This document shows positions 1-9,905 of a stretch of DNA of 64,000 bases, piece after piece. The translations under genes were made by a program, and so were the position numbers. The notes under the pieces are model-generated. The model had not been told where the DNA came from. It ran no database searches and saw only the letters and a program-made list of their open reading frames with translations. The stretch is from positions 864,001 to 928,000 of the forward strand of contig OZ242351.1 in NCBI GenBank assembly GCA_965208675.1. The letters run 5' to 3'. This DNA is from Candidatus Poribacteria bacterium. GTDB taxonomy: Bacteria; Poribacteria; WGA-4E; PCPOR2b. The first letter of the stretch is position 1, and each line of letters opens with the position of its first letter.

Positions 1-127
1 CATTTGCCGTCGGCGAAAACCCGACCTGAAACTGGCCAGTCGTCGTAAAGTTGGTAACACATCCCGTAATACTGATTGATGCCAAAATTGCAAAAATAAC
101 GCAGCAATTCATCAAACGGGTAAGCAT
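1..127 (-). CDS. Lipoprotein, N-terminal part only (runs off window start)
   Basis: Not in ORF track. SD AAGGAGG precedes ATG at 127; translation MLTRLMNCCVIFAILASISITGCVTNFTT... has a signal peptide and lipobox ITGC, and the frame stays open to base 1. Confidence 0.7.
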   Translation of the reverse strand, partial: MLTRLMNCCVIFAILASISITGCVTNFTTTGQFQVGFSPTAN

Positions 128-178
128 GAAAGTAACCTCCTTATAACCACGGTTTTTCAGGATACGTGATTTTTTCAT

Positions 179-1351
179 TCATAACCTCACCTGTTGATAT
201 TCAACTTCATCAAGGTTATTCGTACCGAGTCCCAATCGCCATGAAGACCGAATGTATTTGGTAGATTGAGCGGGTTTTAACCCCTCCTCTTGGCGCTTCT
301 CATTTATGGTTTCCAACGCAATCTGATCGACTGCAACTGGATCGGGACTTACCAGTAAACCTCCATATTTCCACACACCGTTTGGATCATATACCGGTCC
401 TCCATTAAACGCGGCAAGCAATCCATCGGCGATATTTAACACAATCTTGTCTTGAATAACAGGGTGGGCAAATATTTCCCCAATCGCGGGGTCACAATTC
501 AGCGGGTTTGAGTGGAACCTGGATGTATTGTCAACACTTCCAAATGCAAGGTTTTTCAAGCAGCCGCTTATCCCGGTAATCGCATGGTGCTTAATTACGG
601 GGACGTTAATGATTGCCGAAACCTTGTCGGTAAGAATCTTGGAGTACCTGGATGCAGTGCTTCCATTCACGCGGCGAACTTCAACATCTTTTTCAGTTTC
701 ATAGAATATTTCGTCATCATACCCGACGCCTGTACTATCTGACGCAAAGCAACGCACGCCTTGGCTGCTCTGGTTGATTTTGTATCCGGCGTTGATTAAA
801 TGCGCCTCGAATCGATCCCAGACGATAACTTGATTGTTGAGAACACCGGCTTCGTAAAGTTGATCGACGATCGTATCGACAAGGATCTGATGCGTGCAGA
901 GGTTTTTCCCGCCTATGGGATTAACCTTTATGCCGATGATGTCGTGGGGCAGCACAAACTCTCGCCACGCCTCCTTCACGGAATCTAGACCTGTTAGCTT
1001 GATCATTGCGCGACTGAGCATTTCTCCGACAATCTGTCCATTGAGCGAATCACCGTCCCACACCGTTTCGTCGATAACTTCAACCACGGGGGTTAAGTCT
1101 TGTAAGGTGGATTCATCTAACGGTAGATGGCCCTCTTGAGCGTACGAAGGTTCATTTCTCTGAACGAGTGCTCCTAGCGCTAACCCACTACCAATCGCTC
1201 CTTTTGCCGTCCGAGCAATGAAGCGGCGCCGATTCATCCGCTTAGTTTTCAAACTGGATGAATGCGATGCGCTGTCCCTCTCACGTGAAACGAGCCGGCA
1301 ATCTTCAATTATCTGTTCCGTAATCGGATCGATTGATGTCAGTTTCTCCAT
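179..1351 (-). CDS. DUF362 family protein with twin-arginine-like signal
   Basis: IGIKVN, INVPVIKHH-GISGCLKNL and DPVAVD motifs typical of DUF362; NRRRFI plus a hydrophobic stretch at residue ~40 (alternative start 1237). Confidence 0.8.
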   Translation of the reverse strand: MEKLTSIDPITEQIIEDCRLVSRERDSASHSSSLKTKRMNRRRFIARTAKGAIGSGLALGALVQRNEPSYAQEGHLPLDESTLQDLTPVVEVIDETVWDGDSLNGQIVGEMLSRAMIKLTGLDSVKEAWREFVLPHDIIGIKVNPIGGKNLCTHQILVDTIVDQLYEAGVLNNQVIVWDRFEAHLINAGYKINQSSQGVRCFASDSTGVGYDDEIFYETEKDVEVRRVNGSTASRYSKILTDKVSAIINVPVIKHHAITGISGCLKNLAFGSVDNTSRFHSNPLNCDPAIGEIFAHPVIQDKIVLNIADGLLAAFNGGPVYDPNGVWKYGGLLVSPDPVAVDQIALETINEKRQEEGLKPAQSTKYIRSSWRLGLGTNNLDEVEYQQVRL

Positions 1352-1890
1352 CGGTCAAACAACTTCCTCCTATAATCACAATTCATTCTGGTATCTCATT
1401 CAATCGACTTCGAACAACGGGCTATAGTTTTCTCAATTCATCAAGCACGGTGACGATAGAAATAGAATTGCCAATCCGATTATCGCCGGACTTGCACCTG
1501 ACGATCGTTGTTTTGACAAATAATATAGCCATTGCGACCAATAAGTCTAATACACTGATTTCTTTGATTGGTTTGTGGGAGAGGCTTCCCAACCTCGATT
1601 TCAAATGAGTGGATTGCTCTTTATGTGAATATGAACCGGCATCGCATAGCTTTCAATCCACAACTTCTGTCCACATCTTCTTCTCCTACGGAAAGGTGCC
1701 AAGTCGCGCGCCAGCATACCCGCGTTATTCAGCCGCTTTATGGCTTATGGACAATATTCAAAACACCGCTATCCAGAATGTCAATACGGACGACGCGAAG
1801 TGGCGTTTAAAGGAGTTGATTACGGTATGCATAAGAATCCCCACAATCTCCCCAAATATCAAGATTACATCCCTGCCGCCAAACCTCACA

Positions 1891-2733
1891 TTAAATCTCC
1901 GCGAATTCAGGTTCTACAGAATCTGAAATAATGCCAGATTCGTAACCACGCCGAAGCAGTTCTTTGACCCCCGCTCTACCTTTAACGCCGAAGTCAAGCG
2001 TGTAGTCGTTCACAAACATTCCAACAAATTGATCCGCAAGTTCCATCTCCATATCACGTGCATATGTCATTGAATACGCCAATCCCTGCTCACGGTGTTC
2101 GAGCGCGTATCGAATGCTCTGTTTTAGGAGCGACGCAATTTTATGTATTTTTTCTTCTCCGATATCTCGGCGGATGGCATAAGCCCCTACCGGAAGCGGC
2201 AATCCCGATTCTTCATACCACCATTGCCCCAAATCAACAACTTTACATAGGCCCGCACGCGCATAAGTTAACAGACCTTCGTGGATTATCAATCCGGCAT
2301 CTGCCCGTCCGTCGTTTACGTATTCCGATATCTTATCGAACGGGACAAACTCAGGTCGAAAGTCCGGCTGGAAAAGACGCATTGTCAAATTAGCCGTTGT
2401 CATTTCGCCGGGAATTGCGACCGTCTTACCCGCTAGGGCATCGCGAGACATCTGGTCTTTAGAGATCACAAGCGGACCGAATCGATCTCCAATGCTCGCG
2501 CCGCAGGGAGCCAATACGTAGTTGTCTGCAACATAAGGGTATGCGTGGACAGAAATGGCTGTAACCTCTAATTCCGCTTCGAGCGCACGGCGATTTAAGC
2601 TCTCAATATCTTCAACGACGCACTCAATCTCAAGAGTATTGGTAGGGATGTGTCCTTCGGCGAGGGCATAAAACATAAAGGCGTCATCAGAACCAGAGTT
2701 GTGACCAATTCGTATTTTTTCGGTGAGCGGCAT
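1891..2733 (-). CDS. mqnD: 1,4-dihydroxy-6-naphthoate synthase (futalosine menaquinone pathway)
   Basis: IGHNSGSDDAFMFYAL, DIESLN, PGEMTTA, IIHEG and DLGQWW-LPLPVG motifs of MqnD. Confidence 0.85.
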   Translation of the reverse strand: MPLTEKIRIGHNSGSDDAFMFYALAEGHIPTNTLEIECVVEDIESLNRRALEAELEVTAISVHAYPYVADNYVLAPCGASIGDRFGPLVISKDQMSRDALAGKTVAIPGEMTTANLTMRLFQPDFRPEFVPFDKISEYVNDGRADAGLIIHEGLLTYARAGLCKVVDLGQWWYEESGLPLPVGAYAIRRDIGEEKIHKIASLLKQSIRYALEHREQGLAYSMTYARDMEMELADQFVGMFVNDYTLDFGVKGRAGVKELLRRGYESGIISDSVEPEFAEI

Positions 2734-2984
2734 TGTTTCCTCCTACGGCTATCCAAAATCGCTTTTGTATTTGTAGACGTAAAATTGATGTTGCTCGCTT
2801 TAAGCAAAACTGTGCAAATTATAGCAGACTGAAAGAGTCAAGTCAAGGCTTGGCTAAACCGGAAGGCTCGCAATCGAGGAAAAGATCAATCTCTTGTTCA
2901 GTCCGAATTAGCAAATTGTTTAAGAGTGGAAGATTAGGGGTTTTGTGTTCAAGTATGATATTGCACCGACCGTTACGCGGCCGT

Positions 2985-3260
2985 TCTTTGCAATCTATGC
3001 CTTTCTCGGTTGAATTCGTTTGATTTCCCGCACATGATGGGTTCAGCTATCCTAAGATGGTGGATTAGAGTGAGAAGTAAAGGTCGAATTTGGTTGACCC
3101 GAAGGACTTCCGTCGGTATCAACAAATTGCTTGTTCTAACATAACATGAACACTACCGTTTTTTGAACCTGTGTTTGTTTGCGTTTCGTTAATGGCATTG
3201 TGGACAGTGTTGCTAACTTTCCGGTTAACTGACCGCAATCCACTCAGAAGGATCAAGGAA
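2985..3260 (+). pseudogene. Decayed 3' part of a tandem paralogue of the downstream MFS gene
   Basis: YAFLG at 2996 (followed by TGA), QIACS, and FEPVFVCVSLMALWTVLLTFRLT at 3162 mirror YAFLG (4332), IQACS and FEPVFISCGILALSAALLTFRLT (4500). Spacing is 166 vs 168 nt; a 15-nt block is identical at 3210-3224 and 4548-4562. Confidence 0.7.
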
Positions 3261-3323
3261 ACAGAAGATGACCACCATAGCGTTCCAATAAAGATAATAA
3301 TCCTCAACAATAGCGGCATTTTT

Positions 3324-4595
3324 ATGAACAATATTGAAATTTCATCTCAACCTCATGAAAAACACAACTTCACTGTATTTGTTGTGAATCAGGTATTGGG
3401 GCGCATCGGCTGGATATTTAAGAACGAAACTGTCATCATCCCGCGATTCTTTGATTTTCACAGCCCGTTGGGTGTAATGCGTGGATTCCTCCCACTAATC
3501 ATTGGAGTCGGGCAAAGTTTACCTCAGTTTCTCATTGCATACCCGGTTTCAAAGATGACTAGAAAAAAAGGCGTGTTCATACTTTCTGCATTTGGCATCG
3601 CCATCCCTTGGTTTGTTTTGGCGGTGATATTAGAACGGACAGAGTACGCTGGACCTGTCATCATCGGGATTTTTCTTGTATCGCACTCACTAAGCTGGTT
3701 AATGCAGGGCTGCAATGGCCTTGCAGTGGGCGTCCTGCAGGGAAAGCTAATTCGCATTGATCAACGTGGGCGGCTGTTAGCTTATGACAACAGTATCGGG
3801 TGTCTCCTCGCAATCGCTGCTTTTTGGCTGGTCATGCCACATTGGCTTCGAGAAGGAAATACACATTATGCGTGGATATTTGGCACCGCCGGGGGTTTCT
3901 TCGCTCTATCTGCGTGCGCCAGTTTCTATTTTCGGGAAACGCCGGATTGGTATTCTTGGGAGTCTACCGGTTCATCCGCGCCGACCTCTCTTGCGCAGTT
4001 TCTTAGTTCGGGATTGATGCTAGTACGTTATGACCGGAACATTCGAATGCTGGCGGTTGTTATCGTGTTATACTATTTTGCGCGGGTGCTCGTCCCGCAT
4101 TACACGGTATTTGGGATGCGGCGATTGGGATTGGTACCAGCAAACTTTTTTTGGATAATAACGGTACAGAATATCGCAAACGCATTCGGTTATTGGGCAA
4201 TTGGTCACATAGCCGACCGGAAAGGCAACCGAATTATATTGCGTATGATTATATTCATTGGTGCTTTCGCCCCGATGGTAGCAATTGGAATCAGCCGGTT
4301 ACCCCTGGGAACTGACTTGTATTGGTTGGTGTACGCTTTTCTGGGGTTCTTTCCGACATCGTATCGGGTTGTGATGAACTACACGCTTGAGATCGCGCCG
4401 CGTGAAAAGCACGCACAATATTTGGGAGTGGTAAACCTAATTCAGGCTTGCTCGCTGATTGCATCGCCGCTGATCGGACTATTAATTGATGAATTCTCTT
4501 TCGAACCGGTGTTTATTTCCTGCGGTATATTGGCGCTGTCGGCGGCATTGCTAACTTTCCGGCTGACGGAACCCAGGCACTCTCGCATTCTTTAG
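3324..4595 (+). CDS. MFS transporter
   Basis: About 12 hydrophobic helices and the GHIADRKGNR MFS motif A. Start moved from 3171 to MNNIE at 3324 because the upstream extension is the pseudogene remnant. Confidence 0.85.
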   Translation: MNNIEISSQPHEKHNFTVFVVNQVLGRIGWIFKNETVIIPRFFDFHSPLGVMRGFLPLIIGVGQSLPQFLIAYPVSKMTRKKGVFILSAFGIAIPWFVLAVILERTEYAGPVIIGIFLVSHSLSWLMQGCNGLAVGVLQGKLIRIDQRGRLLAYDNSIGCLLAIAAFWLVMPHWLREGNTHYAWIFGTAGGFFALSACASFYFRETPDWYSWESTGSSAPTSLAQFLSSGLMLVRYDRNIRMLAVVIVLYYFARVLVPHYTVFGMRRLGLVPANFFWIITVQNIANAFGYWAIGHIADRKGNRIILRMIIFIGAFAPMVAIGISRLPLGTDLYWLVYAFLGFFPTSYRVVMNYTLEIAPREKHAQYLGVVNLIQACSLIASPLIGLLIDEFSFEPVFISCGILALSAALLTFRLTEPRHSRIL

Positions 4596-5174
4596 TCAAA
4601 ATAACTTCTGCAATTCCTTTTCATAAATTGCTTTTTCGCCCTGCGCCCCGTCAAACACTTGTACGATTCTACCTACGCGATTAATGAGGTACGCAGAAGG
4701 TATAGCTGTAAGTTTATATTCCTCGACAATTCCGGGCTCCGCCAGGAGAATTGTGTAGTTGACCCCCAACCTCTCAATAAAAGGCTTGACCACCTCAAGC
4801 CCCTCTTCATCCAGAGAAATACCGACCATCTCAAACCCTTGCGTGCGATATCCTTCGTAGAGTTCGACGAAAATGGGAATCTCCTCTTCACACGGTTTAC
4901 ACCAGGTCGCCCAGAAATCCAGAAGAACAATTTTACCCTCATAGTCCGAAAGACTGACTTCTTCTAACTCAGTGCTTGCTAACGTGAAAGCGGGAGCTAG
5001 CGGCAAAGATTCGTCCACGGCGAGACCGGGCTCCATCGTGTCGTCACCGTTCGCTGCATCACCATTTGTCATTTTTTGATCATCAGGGTCCATTATCGTG
5101 TCCGTATCGGAGCAGCCAATTATCACTAGTACCCAGAGAACCAGAGTGAAAATACTCAACAATCTTGAACGCAT
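4596..5174 (-). CDS. TlpA/ResA-type thiol-disulfide oxidoreductase lipoprotein
   Basis: DFWATWCKPC motif, lipobox IIGC; likely start MRSRL (track start 5195). Confidence 0.9.
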   Translation of the reverse strand: MRSRLLSIFTLVLWVLVIIGCSDTDTIMDPDDQKMTNGDAANGDDTMEPGLAVDESLPLAPAFTLASTELEEVSLSDYEGKIVLLDFWATWCKPCEEEIPIFVELYEGYRTQGFEMVGISLDEEGLEVVKPFIERLGVNYTILLAEPGIVEEYKLTAIPSAYLINRVGRIVQVFDGAQGEKAIYEKELQKLF

Positions 5175-5309
5175 GTGTCGCCTCCCAATAAGCAATTCTA
5201 ATTTTTATATTATAGCCCCAAAGATGCTAAGATTACGATATTTTATTTGGTTGCAAAATAGAATCTTGATTTACTAGCACAATTGACTCCTCCGAAATCC
5301 AAGATTCGC

Positions 5310-6248
5310 TTACCTACCCAATCGCAGTATGGTTCCATTAGCCCCAACAATCCAGCCTTGATTTTTATAGAGGCAAATATCAAGAAGGTTATGTTCTGCT
5401 AGGCTCGGTTGTGTTTCCCAGCTTTGCCCACCATTGACTGTGTGTAAAATCAATCCATGTTCGCCCACTGCCCAGCCTTTTCGATCATTGAGAAATGCGA
5501 CAGCTCGTAAAGTTTTCTTGGTATTGCTTTTTTGCCGTACCCAGTTTGCTCCCCCGTTCACCGTGTTCAAAATCAAACCGTTCACGCCAACAATCCACCC
5601 GTTCTCCACGTCGGCAAAATAAACACCGAACAGTGGTTCTTCCGTGTTGCTCTGCTGTTCAAGCCAGGATGCACCGCCGTTTGAAGTATAGGAGACTTTG
5701 CCTTGCTCTCCGACCATCCAGCCATTCTGATCGTCAACAAAATTCACCGCCCATGCGTGTGTGCCCGTCGGCGACTGCTGATTCTCCCACCGACGGCCGC
5801 CGTTGTTCGTGTGAAGAATCGTTCCACTTCCCCCAACTGCCCAGCCTTCTGCCGGACTCACGAAGTAGACGTCCAACAAACCAGCCTGCTTGGCATTGGT
5901 TTGTCTTGTCCACGACTTGCCGCCGCTTGCAGTATAGAAAATTTGTCCCGTCCTATTGACAAACCACCCGTGGGTTGAACTAGAAAAATGCACTTTATTG
6001 ATTACAGAATTGGGAATTGCGTCGTTTTCCGGCTGAATCGCCCACGTCACACCGCCATCCGTAGTGGCTAAAACCACACTATCCTCACCGACTGCCCATC
6101 CATGCTTGCTATCCACAAAATGGACACCATATAAGTGAGCATCTGTTCCTGATTCAGCGAACTGCCAACGAATTCCCGCGGTATCTCGATTGCAAGCGGC
6201 AAGGACGGTTATACCAGTTAACACTAGCAATACCGCACGATGTTTCAT
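5310..6248 (-). CDS. YCF48-like BNR-repeat beta-propeller lipoprotein
   Basis: Repeated F-x-D/S...GWAVG...T-x-N/DGG-x-x-W units; lipobox LAAC; likely start MKHR (track start 6269). Confidence 0.85.
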   Translation of the reverse strand: MKHRAVLLVLTGITVLAACNRDTAGIRWQFAESGTDAHLYGVHFVDSKHGWAVGEDSVVLATTDGGVTWAIQPENDAIPNSVINKVHFSSSTHGWFVNRTGQIFYTASGGKSWTRQTNAKQAGLLDVYFVSPAEGWAVGGSGTILHTNNGGRRWENQQSPTGTHAWAVNFVDDQNGWMVGEQGKVSYTSNGGASWLEQQSNTEEPLFGVYFADVENGWIVGVNGLILNTVNGGANWVRQKSNTKKTLRAVAFLNDRKGWAVGEHGLILHTVNGGQSWETQPSLAEHNLLDICLYKNQGWIVGANGTILRLGR

Positions 6249-6432
6249 CAAGTTTTGCCTCCTCGGCAATTTTCCTTAAGTTGTTCCGATTCGATGTACA
6301 AATTAACTTGCAAATTAAGCGGCGGTTTTGTATGCGCTCATCTAGGACACAATGGACCTTATCTTTTTGTTACGAGTTCTCACTAAATGTTTCGAGAAAA
6401 ACGAGTCAACAGTCAGGAAACTGGAATTTGTG

Positions 6433-6461
6433 TTGACAAACCGATGTGCGTATGCTAAGCT
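6433..6461 (+). promoter_or_regulatory. Sigma70-type promoter upstream of the dapB leader
   Basis: TTGACA (6433-6438), 17-nt spacer, TAAGCT (6456-6461) with extended -10 TG. Confidence 0.65.
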
Positions 6462-6467
6462 ATCGCT

Positions 6468-6605
6468 ATCTCAATAAGCGAAAGGGGGTGATCATTCTGT
6501 CATTTAGCGGAATGGTCAAGGGAGGTGCGGCCTCCTGAGGGGTCGTCCCTCCCTTGACTATTAATCCAGCTACAAGGCGGGGCTGAATTTTAGCCCCGCT
6601 TTTTA
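6468..6605 (+). ncRNA. Candidate structured small RNA or leader with a 16-codon uORF
   Basis: Bounded by a promoter and a terminator; long hairpin 6511-6562 (AATGGTCAAGGGAGG / CCTCCCTTGACTATT); SD-like AAAGGGGGTGATC at 6481. Confidence 0.5.
6574..6605 (+). terminator. Intrinsic terminator
   Basis: GCGGGGCTGA-loop-TTAGCCCCGC followed by TTTTTATTT. Confidence 0.8.
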
Positions 6606-6704
6606 TTTCGATTTACACACAATGGCAAATACCCCGCGCTCCAAACATCTTAAAAGAAAAATTGAATGAACATCTCATCACGTATGGAAAAGGAAGAAAG
6701 AAAG

Positions 6705-7508
6705 ATGATTCGTGTAATTGTTGATGGTGTGTGTGGACGAATGGGCAAACTGTTGGCACAAGGCGTGACCCGCGAGGAGGACATGAAACTTGTCGGTGCG
6801 GTAGAATTTGCCGGACACCCTAATGTCGGTGAAGATGCTGGCGAGATGTTGGGAATGGGGCGGCTCGGCGTACCCGTAAGAGGAAGCCTTTCTGAAGTTG
6901 TCTGTGACAGCGATGTAGTCATAGAATTTACCAAACCAGAAGCGACCCTTGAAAACGTCCGAGCAGTGGTTGAAGCAAACCGGGCGATGGTAATTGGAAC
7001 AACCGGATTTACGGACAATCAACTCGCCGAACTACAAGCATTAGCGGCGAAAATCCGCTGTGTGATGGCGCCAAATATGAGTGTCGGCGTCAATGTTATG
7101 TTGCAAGCGATTCAGCTAGTCGCAAAGGCGCTCGGAGCTGACTACGATGTTGAGGTCATCGAGGCGCACCATAACGAAAAGGTAGACGCTCCAAGCGGTA
7201 CGGCGATTCGGATTGCCGAAACCCTATCCTCCGCTCTTGACAGAAGTCTGCCCCAAGCGGCAGTTTATGGCCGCCATGGGATTGTAGGGAAACGTACAGA
7301 AAAGGAGATTGGGATACACGCCATTCGCGGCGGGGATATCGCCGGTGACCACACCGTACTCTTCGCTGGAGCAGGTGAGCGAATCGAGATTGTGCATCGC
7401 GCACATACGCCCGAAGCTTTTGCGAAAGGGGCAATCCGTGCAGCAAGGTGGGTCGTTGCGGCGCCGCCGGGATTGCACGACATTGGAGAAGTTTTGTTTT
7501 CACAATAA
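6705..7508 (+). CDS. dapB: 4-hydroxy-tetrahydrodipicolinate reductase
   Basis: GVCGRMG, VIGTTG, PNMSVGVN, EAHHNEKVDAPSGTA, RGGDIAGDHTV; likely start MIRVIV (track start 6666). Confidence 0.95.
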   Translation: MIRVIVDGVCGRMGKLLAQGVTREEDMKLVGAVEFAGHPNVGEDAGEMLGMGRLGVPVRGSLSEVVCDSDVVIEFTKPEATLENVRAVVEANRAMVIGTTGFTDNQLAELQALAAKIRCVMAPNMSVGVNVMLQAIQLVAKALGADYDVEVIEAHHNEKVDAPSGTAIRIAETLSSALDRSLPQAAVYGRHGIVGKRTEKEIGIHAIRGGDIAGDHTVLFAGAGERIEIVHRAHTPEAFAKGAIRAARWVVAAPPGLHDIGEVLFSQ

Positions 7509-7549
7509 AATGGTGGAGTGGCAAATTTTACACCTTCTACTGGTGCGAA

Positions 7550-8245
7550 TCATTTTTGAGGTCCGGCAGGCGGCAATTTTACACCTTTCTGCAGATGTTC
7601 TTGTTTATCCCGTAATTTTGCGATTGAGTGCATAATGAGTTCTCCGATACGCCGCTGTGCTTCTCGTCTGTCCACAATTTCAAGAATTTTTTTGAAATCT
7701 ATGGGCTGACCAAATGTCACCGAAAGTTTTGCCGGCTTCAACCATTTCGCATCCCGGGGCATCATCTGTTCCGCCCCCTTAAGAAATACAGGAATTGTAG
7801 GGACATTAGCGCGATAAGCGATGAAACTAGCCCCACCGAGTGCCTTGCCTAAGACGCCGCCGACGCCGCGGGTACCTTCGGGGAAAATGAGAACGGCTTT
7901 GCCCATCTTTAAGAGCGACAGTGTATGTTTGAGGGCGGCTCGATCGGCTGCCCCTCGATGCACGGGGTAAGCATTTAGCGCGGTAATCAGCCAACTTAGT
8001 CCGGGAATTCGAAACACGTCGTGCCTAGCCATATAATGGAGTTCTCGGTTTGCGGCTGTTCCAATAATGACAGGGTCTGGAAGGCTAACGTGGTTCGACA
8101 CCAAAAGAACGCCGCCTTGCATCGGAACATTCTCACTGCCGTAGGATTCAAGTTTTCCCAAGGCATTGAAGAAAAAAGAGGTAATTCGGTGCGACCGACG
8201 GTACACAGGTTGATCTGTCCGGAAGCTGTATTTCCGCCATTGCAT
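7550..8245 (-). CDS. plsC: 1-acyl-sn-glycerol-3-phosphate acyltransferase
   Basis: NHVSLPD (HX4D) and FPEGTR motifs; lies directly after cmk. Confidence 0.9.
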   Translation of the reverse strand: MQWRKYSFRTDQPVYRRSHRITSFFFNALGKLESYGSENVPMQGGVLLVSNHVSLPDPVIIGTAANRELHYMARHDVFRIPGLSWLITALNAYPVHRGAADRAALKHTLSLLKMGKAVLIFPEGTRGVGGVLGKALGGASFIAYRANVPTIPVFLKGAEQMMPRDAKWLKPAKLSVTFGQPIDFKKILEIVDRREAQRRIGELIMHSIAKLRDKQEHLQKGVKLPPAGPQK

Positions 8246-8919
8246 TATAGACCTCGAATTCGCCCTAAAACAAAATTAACGACTTGATCGATGGTCATAT
8301 CGGTTGTATCGACAACGATAGCATCTTCGGCAGTTCGAAGCGGGCTATGTTCACGGGAGCGATCCTTGGTATCCCGCGTCCGGATTTCCTCTTGTATCCC
8401 GTTTAGCGTGGAATCAATCCCCTTAGCTTTCAGTTCAGCAAACCGTCGTCGTGCACGTGCTTCAACCGAGGCGGTCAGAAAATATTTGTGGTCCGCATTC
8501 GGAAACACAACTGTAGTAACGTCGCGGCCCTCCGCGACAATCGAAATATCCGCACCGATTCTGCGCTGCTGTTTGACAATTTCTTGCCGAAGTTCGGATA
8601 TCTTTGAAATATCGGAGACCACCTTGTTAATTTCTGGCGTTCGGATTGCGTCTGAGACATCCTCGCCATCAAGCAATGCAATCTTTCCGTTCTCGGCGAA
8701 ATCAATATTACACGTTTTCACTAGCCGAATTAACTCCGGGATATTTGTTGGATCTATGCCAGTGCGAATCGATTGCAGCGTCACTGCGCGGTACATCGCA
8801 CCGGAATCAAGGTAGAGACAATTCAATGATTCAGCGAGGCGTCGAGCAACAGTGCTCTTACCTGAGCCGGCAGGTCCATCTATTGCAACCGTCAAGTGTT
8901 TGATTGTTTTACCTCCCAA
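8245..8919 (-). CDS. cmk: Cytidylate kinase
   Basis: AIDGPAGSGKST, LDSGAMYRA, AEGRD, RDTKD-R-HSPL. Confidence 0.95.
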   Translation of the reverse strand: MGGKTIKHLTVAIDGPAGSGKSTVARRLAESLNCLYLDSGAMYRAVTLQSIRTGIDPTNIPELIRLVKTCNIDFAENGKIALLDGEDVSDAIRTPEINKVVSDISKISELRQEIVKQQRRIGADISIVAEGRDVTTVVFPNADHKYFLTASVEARARRRFAELKAKGIDSTLNGIQEEIRTRDTKDRSREHSPLRTAEDAIVVDTTDMTIDQVVNFVLGRIRGL

Positions 8920-9905
8920 GCGTCCCGTATGGATTTGGACGCATTCAGGATACGCTCAATCTCACCTGCGTCGCCATTTTCGAGGAGCGATTTAAATTGG
9001 GCAAGGTTCTCAATGACGGCATCAATCATCGGTTGCAGTGCAGGGGCGTTTTGCATAAAAATGCCTCTCCAAATCTCCGGCGAACCCGATGCAATACGTG
9101 TAGTGTCGCGGAAACCGCTTGCTGCGTAGTCCGATGCGCTAACTGAATCACCTTCTATTTGCGCCACTGTCTTCGTCAAAATTGACGCAATTAGGTGTGG
9201 AAGATGGCTGGCGCCTGCGATGAGATGGTCGTGCAGATTCGGATCGAGCAGATGAACATTTGCCCCAACAAACTTCCAAAGTTCGACAACACGTGCTAAC
9301 GCCTGCGAGTCGGTATTCCCAATTGGGGTAACGATGCATTTCGCTCCATTGAAAAGATCGGCACGCGCTGCAGCGACTCCAGTTTTTTCCGATCCTGCCA
9401 TTGGATGGGATCCGACGAATCGCACGCAGTTAGGTTTTTCGACTTGCAGGAAACTATTGACTTCTTTAACGATCTGCCCTTTGACGCCGGCGACATCGGT
9501 GATATACAAAGTGGCTGCGTCAGATCTGACACGCTTGGCACACTCTGAAATGCGCCGCACGGTATCCGATACGCGATCTACCGGCATACCAATAATGACC
9601 AAATCGCATTCACGGATGGCTGCAGAAATGTCGATTGTAGCATGGTCAATTGCGTTGTGCTGGAGAGCAACTTCAAGTGTGCTCATCCGCCTTCCGAGCC
9701 CGGTGATTGTTCCCCGGAATCCTTTGGCTTTCAAGGCCAATCCGAGTGAGCCGCCAATCAGGCCGGTGCCAAAGATTGTAATATTTCGAATCTTCCGAAA
9801 GTCATCAGCCATATTATGCGTAGGTGTTTTGACCTGTCGACTGGGCGGCTCTGTGTAAAGACAAACCGACCATTTCTCGGGAGCGAGGATTCCTTCTTGC
9901 TGCAA
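8892..9905 (-). CDS. tyrA: Prephenate/arogenate dehydrogenase (start may be 9812)
   Basis: GTGLIGGS, GSHPMAGSE, SHLPH, GFRDTTRIA. Confidence 0.92.
   Translation of the reverse strand: MQQEGILAPEKWSVCLYTEPPSRQVKTPTHNMADDFRKIRNITIFGTGLIGGSLGLALKAKGFRGTITGLGRRMSTLEVALQHNAIDHATIDISAAIRECDLVIIGMPVDRVSDTVRRISECAKRVRSDAATLYITDVAGVKGQIVKEVNSFLQVEKPNCVRFVGSHPMAGSEKTGVAAARADLFNGAKCIVTPIGNTDSQALARVVELWKFVGANVHLLDPNLHDHLIAGASHLPHLIASILTKTVAQIEGDSVSASDYAASGFRDTTRIASGSPEIWRGIFMQNAPALQPMIDAVIENLAQFKSLLENGDAGEIERILNASKSIRDAWEVKQSNT

Noticed and set aside
6480-6562. Lysine riboswitch or SRP RNA upstream of dapB
   Set aside because: GAAAGGGG, CTGTCA and GAGGTGC occur in the wrong order and the region is too short for an L-box; the SRP GGAA tetraloop and AGCAG motif are absent.
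7520-7590. Direct repeat AATTTTACACCTT (7524-7536 and 7575-7587) at the convergent dapB/plsC ends
   Set aside because: Only two short copies, so not CRISPR-like; most likely a local micro-duplication.
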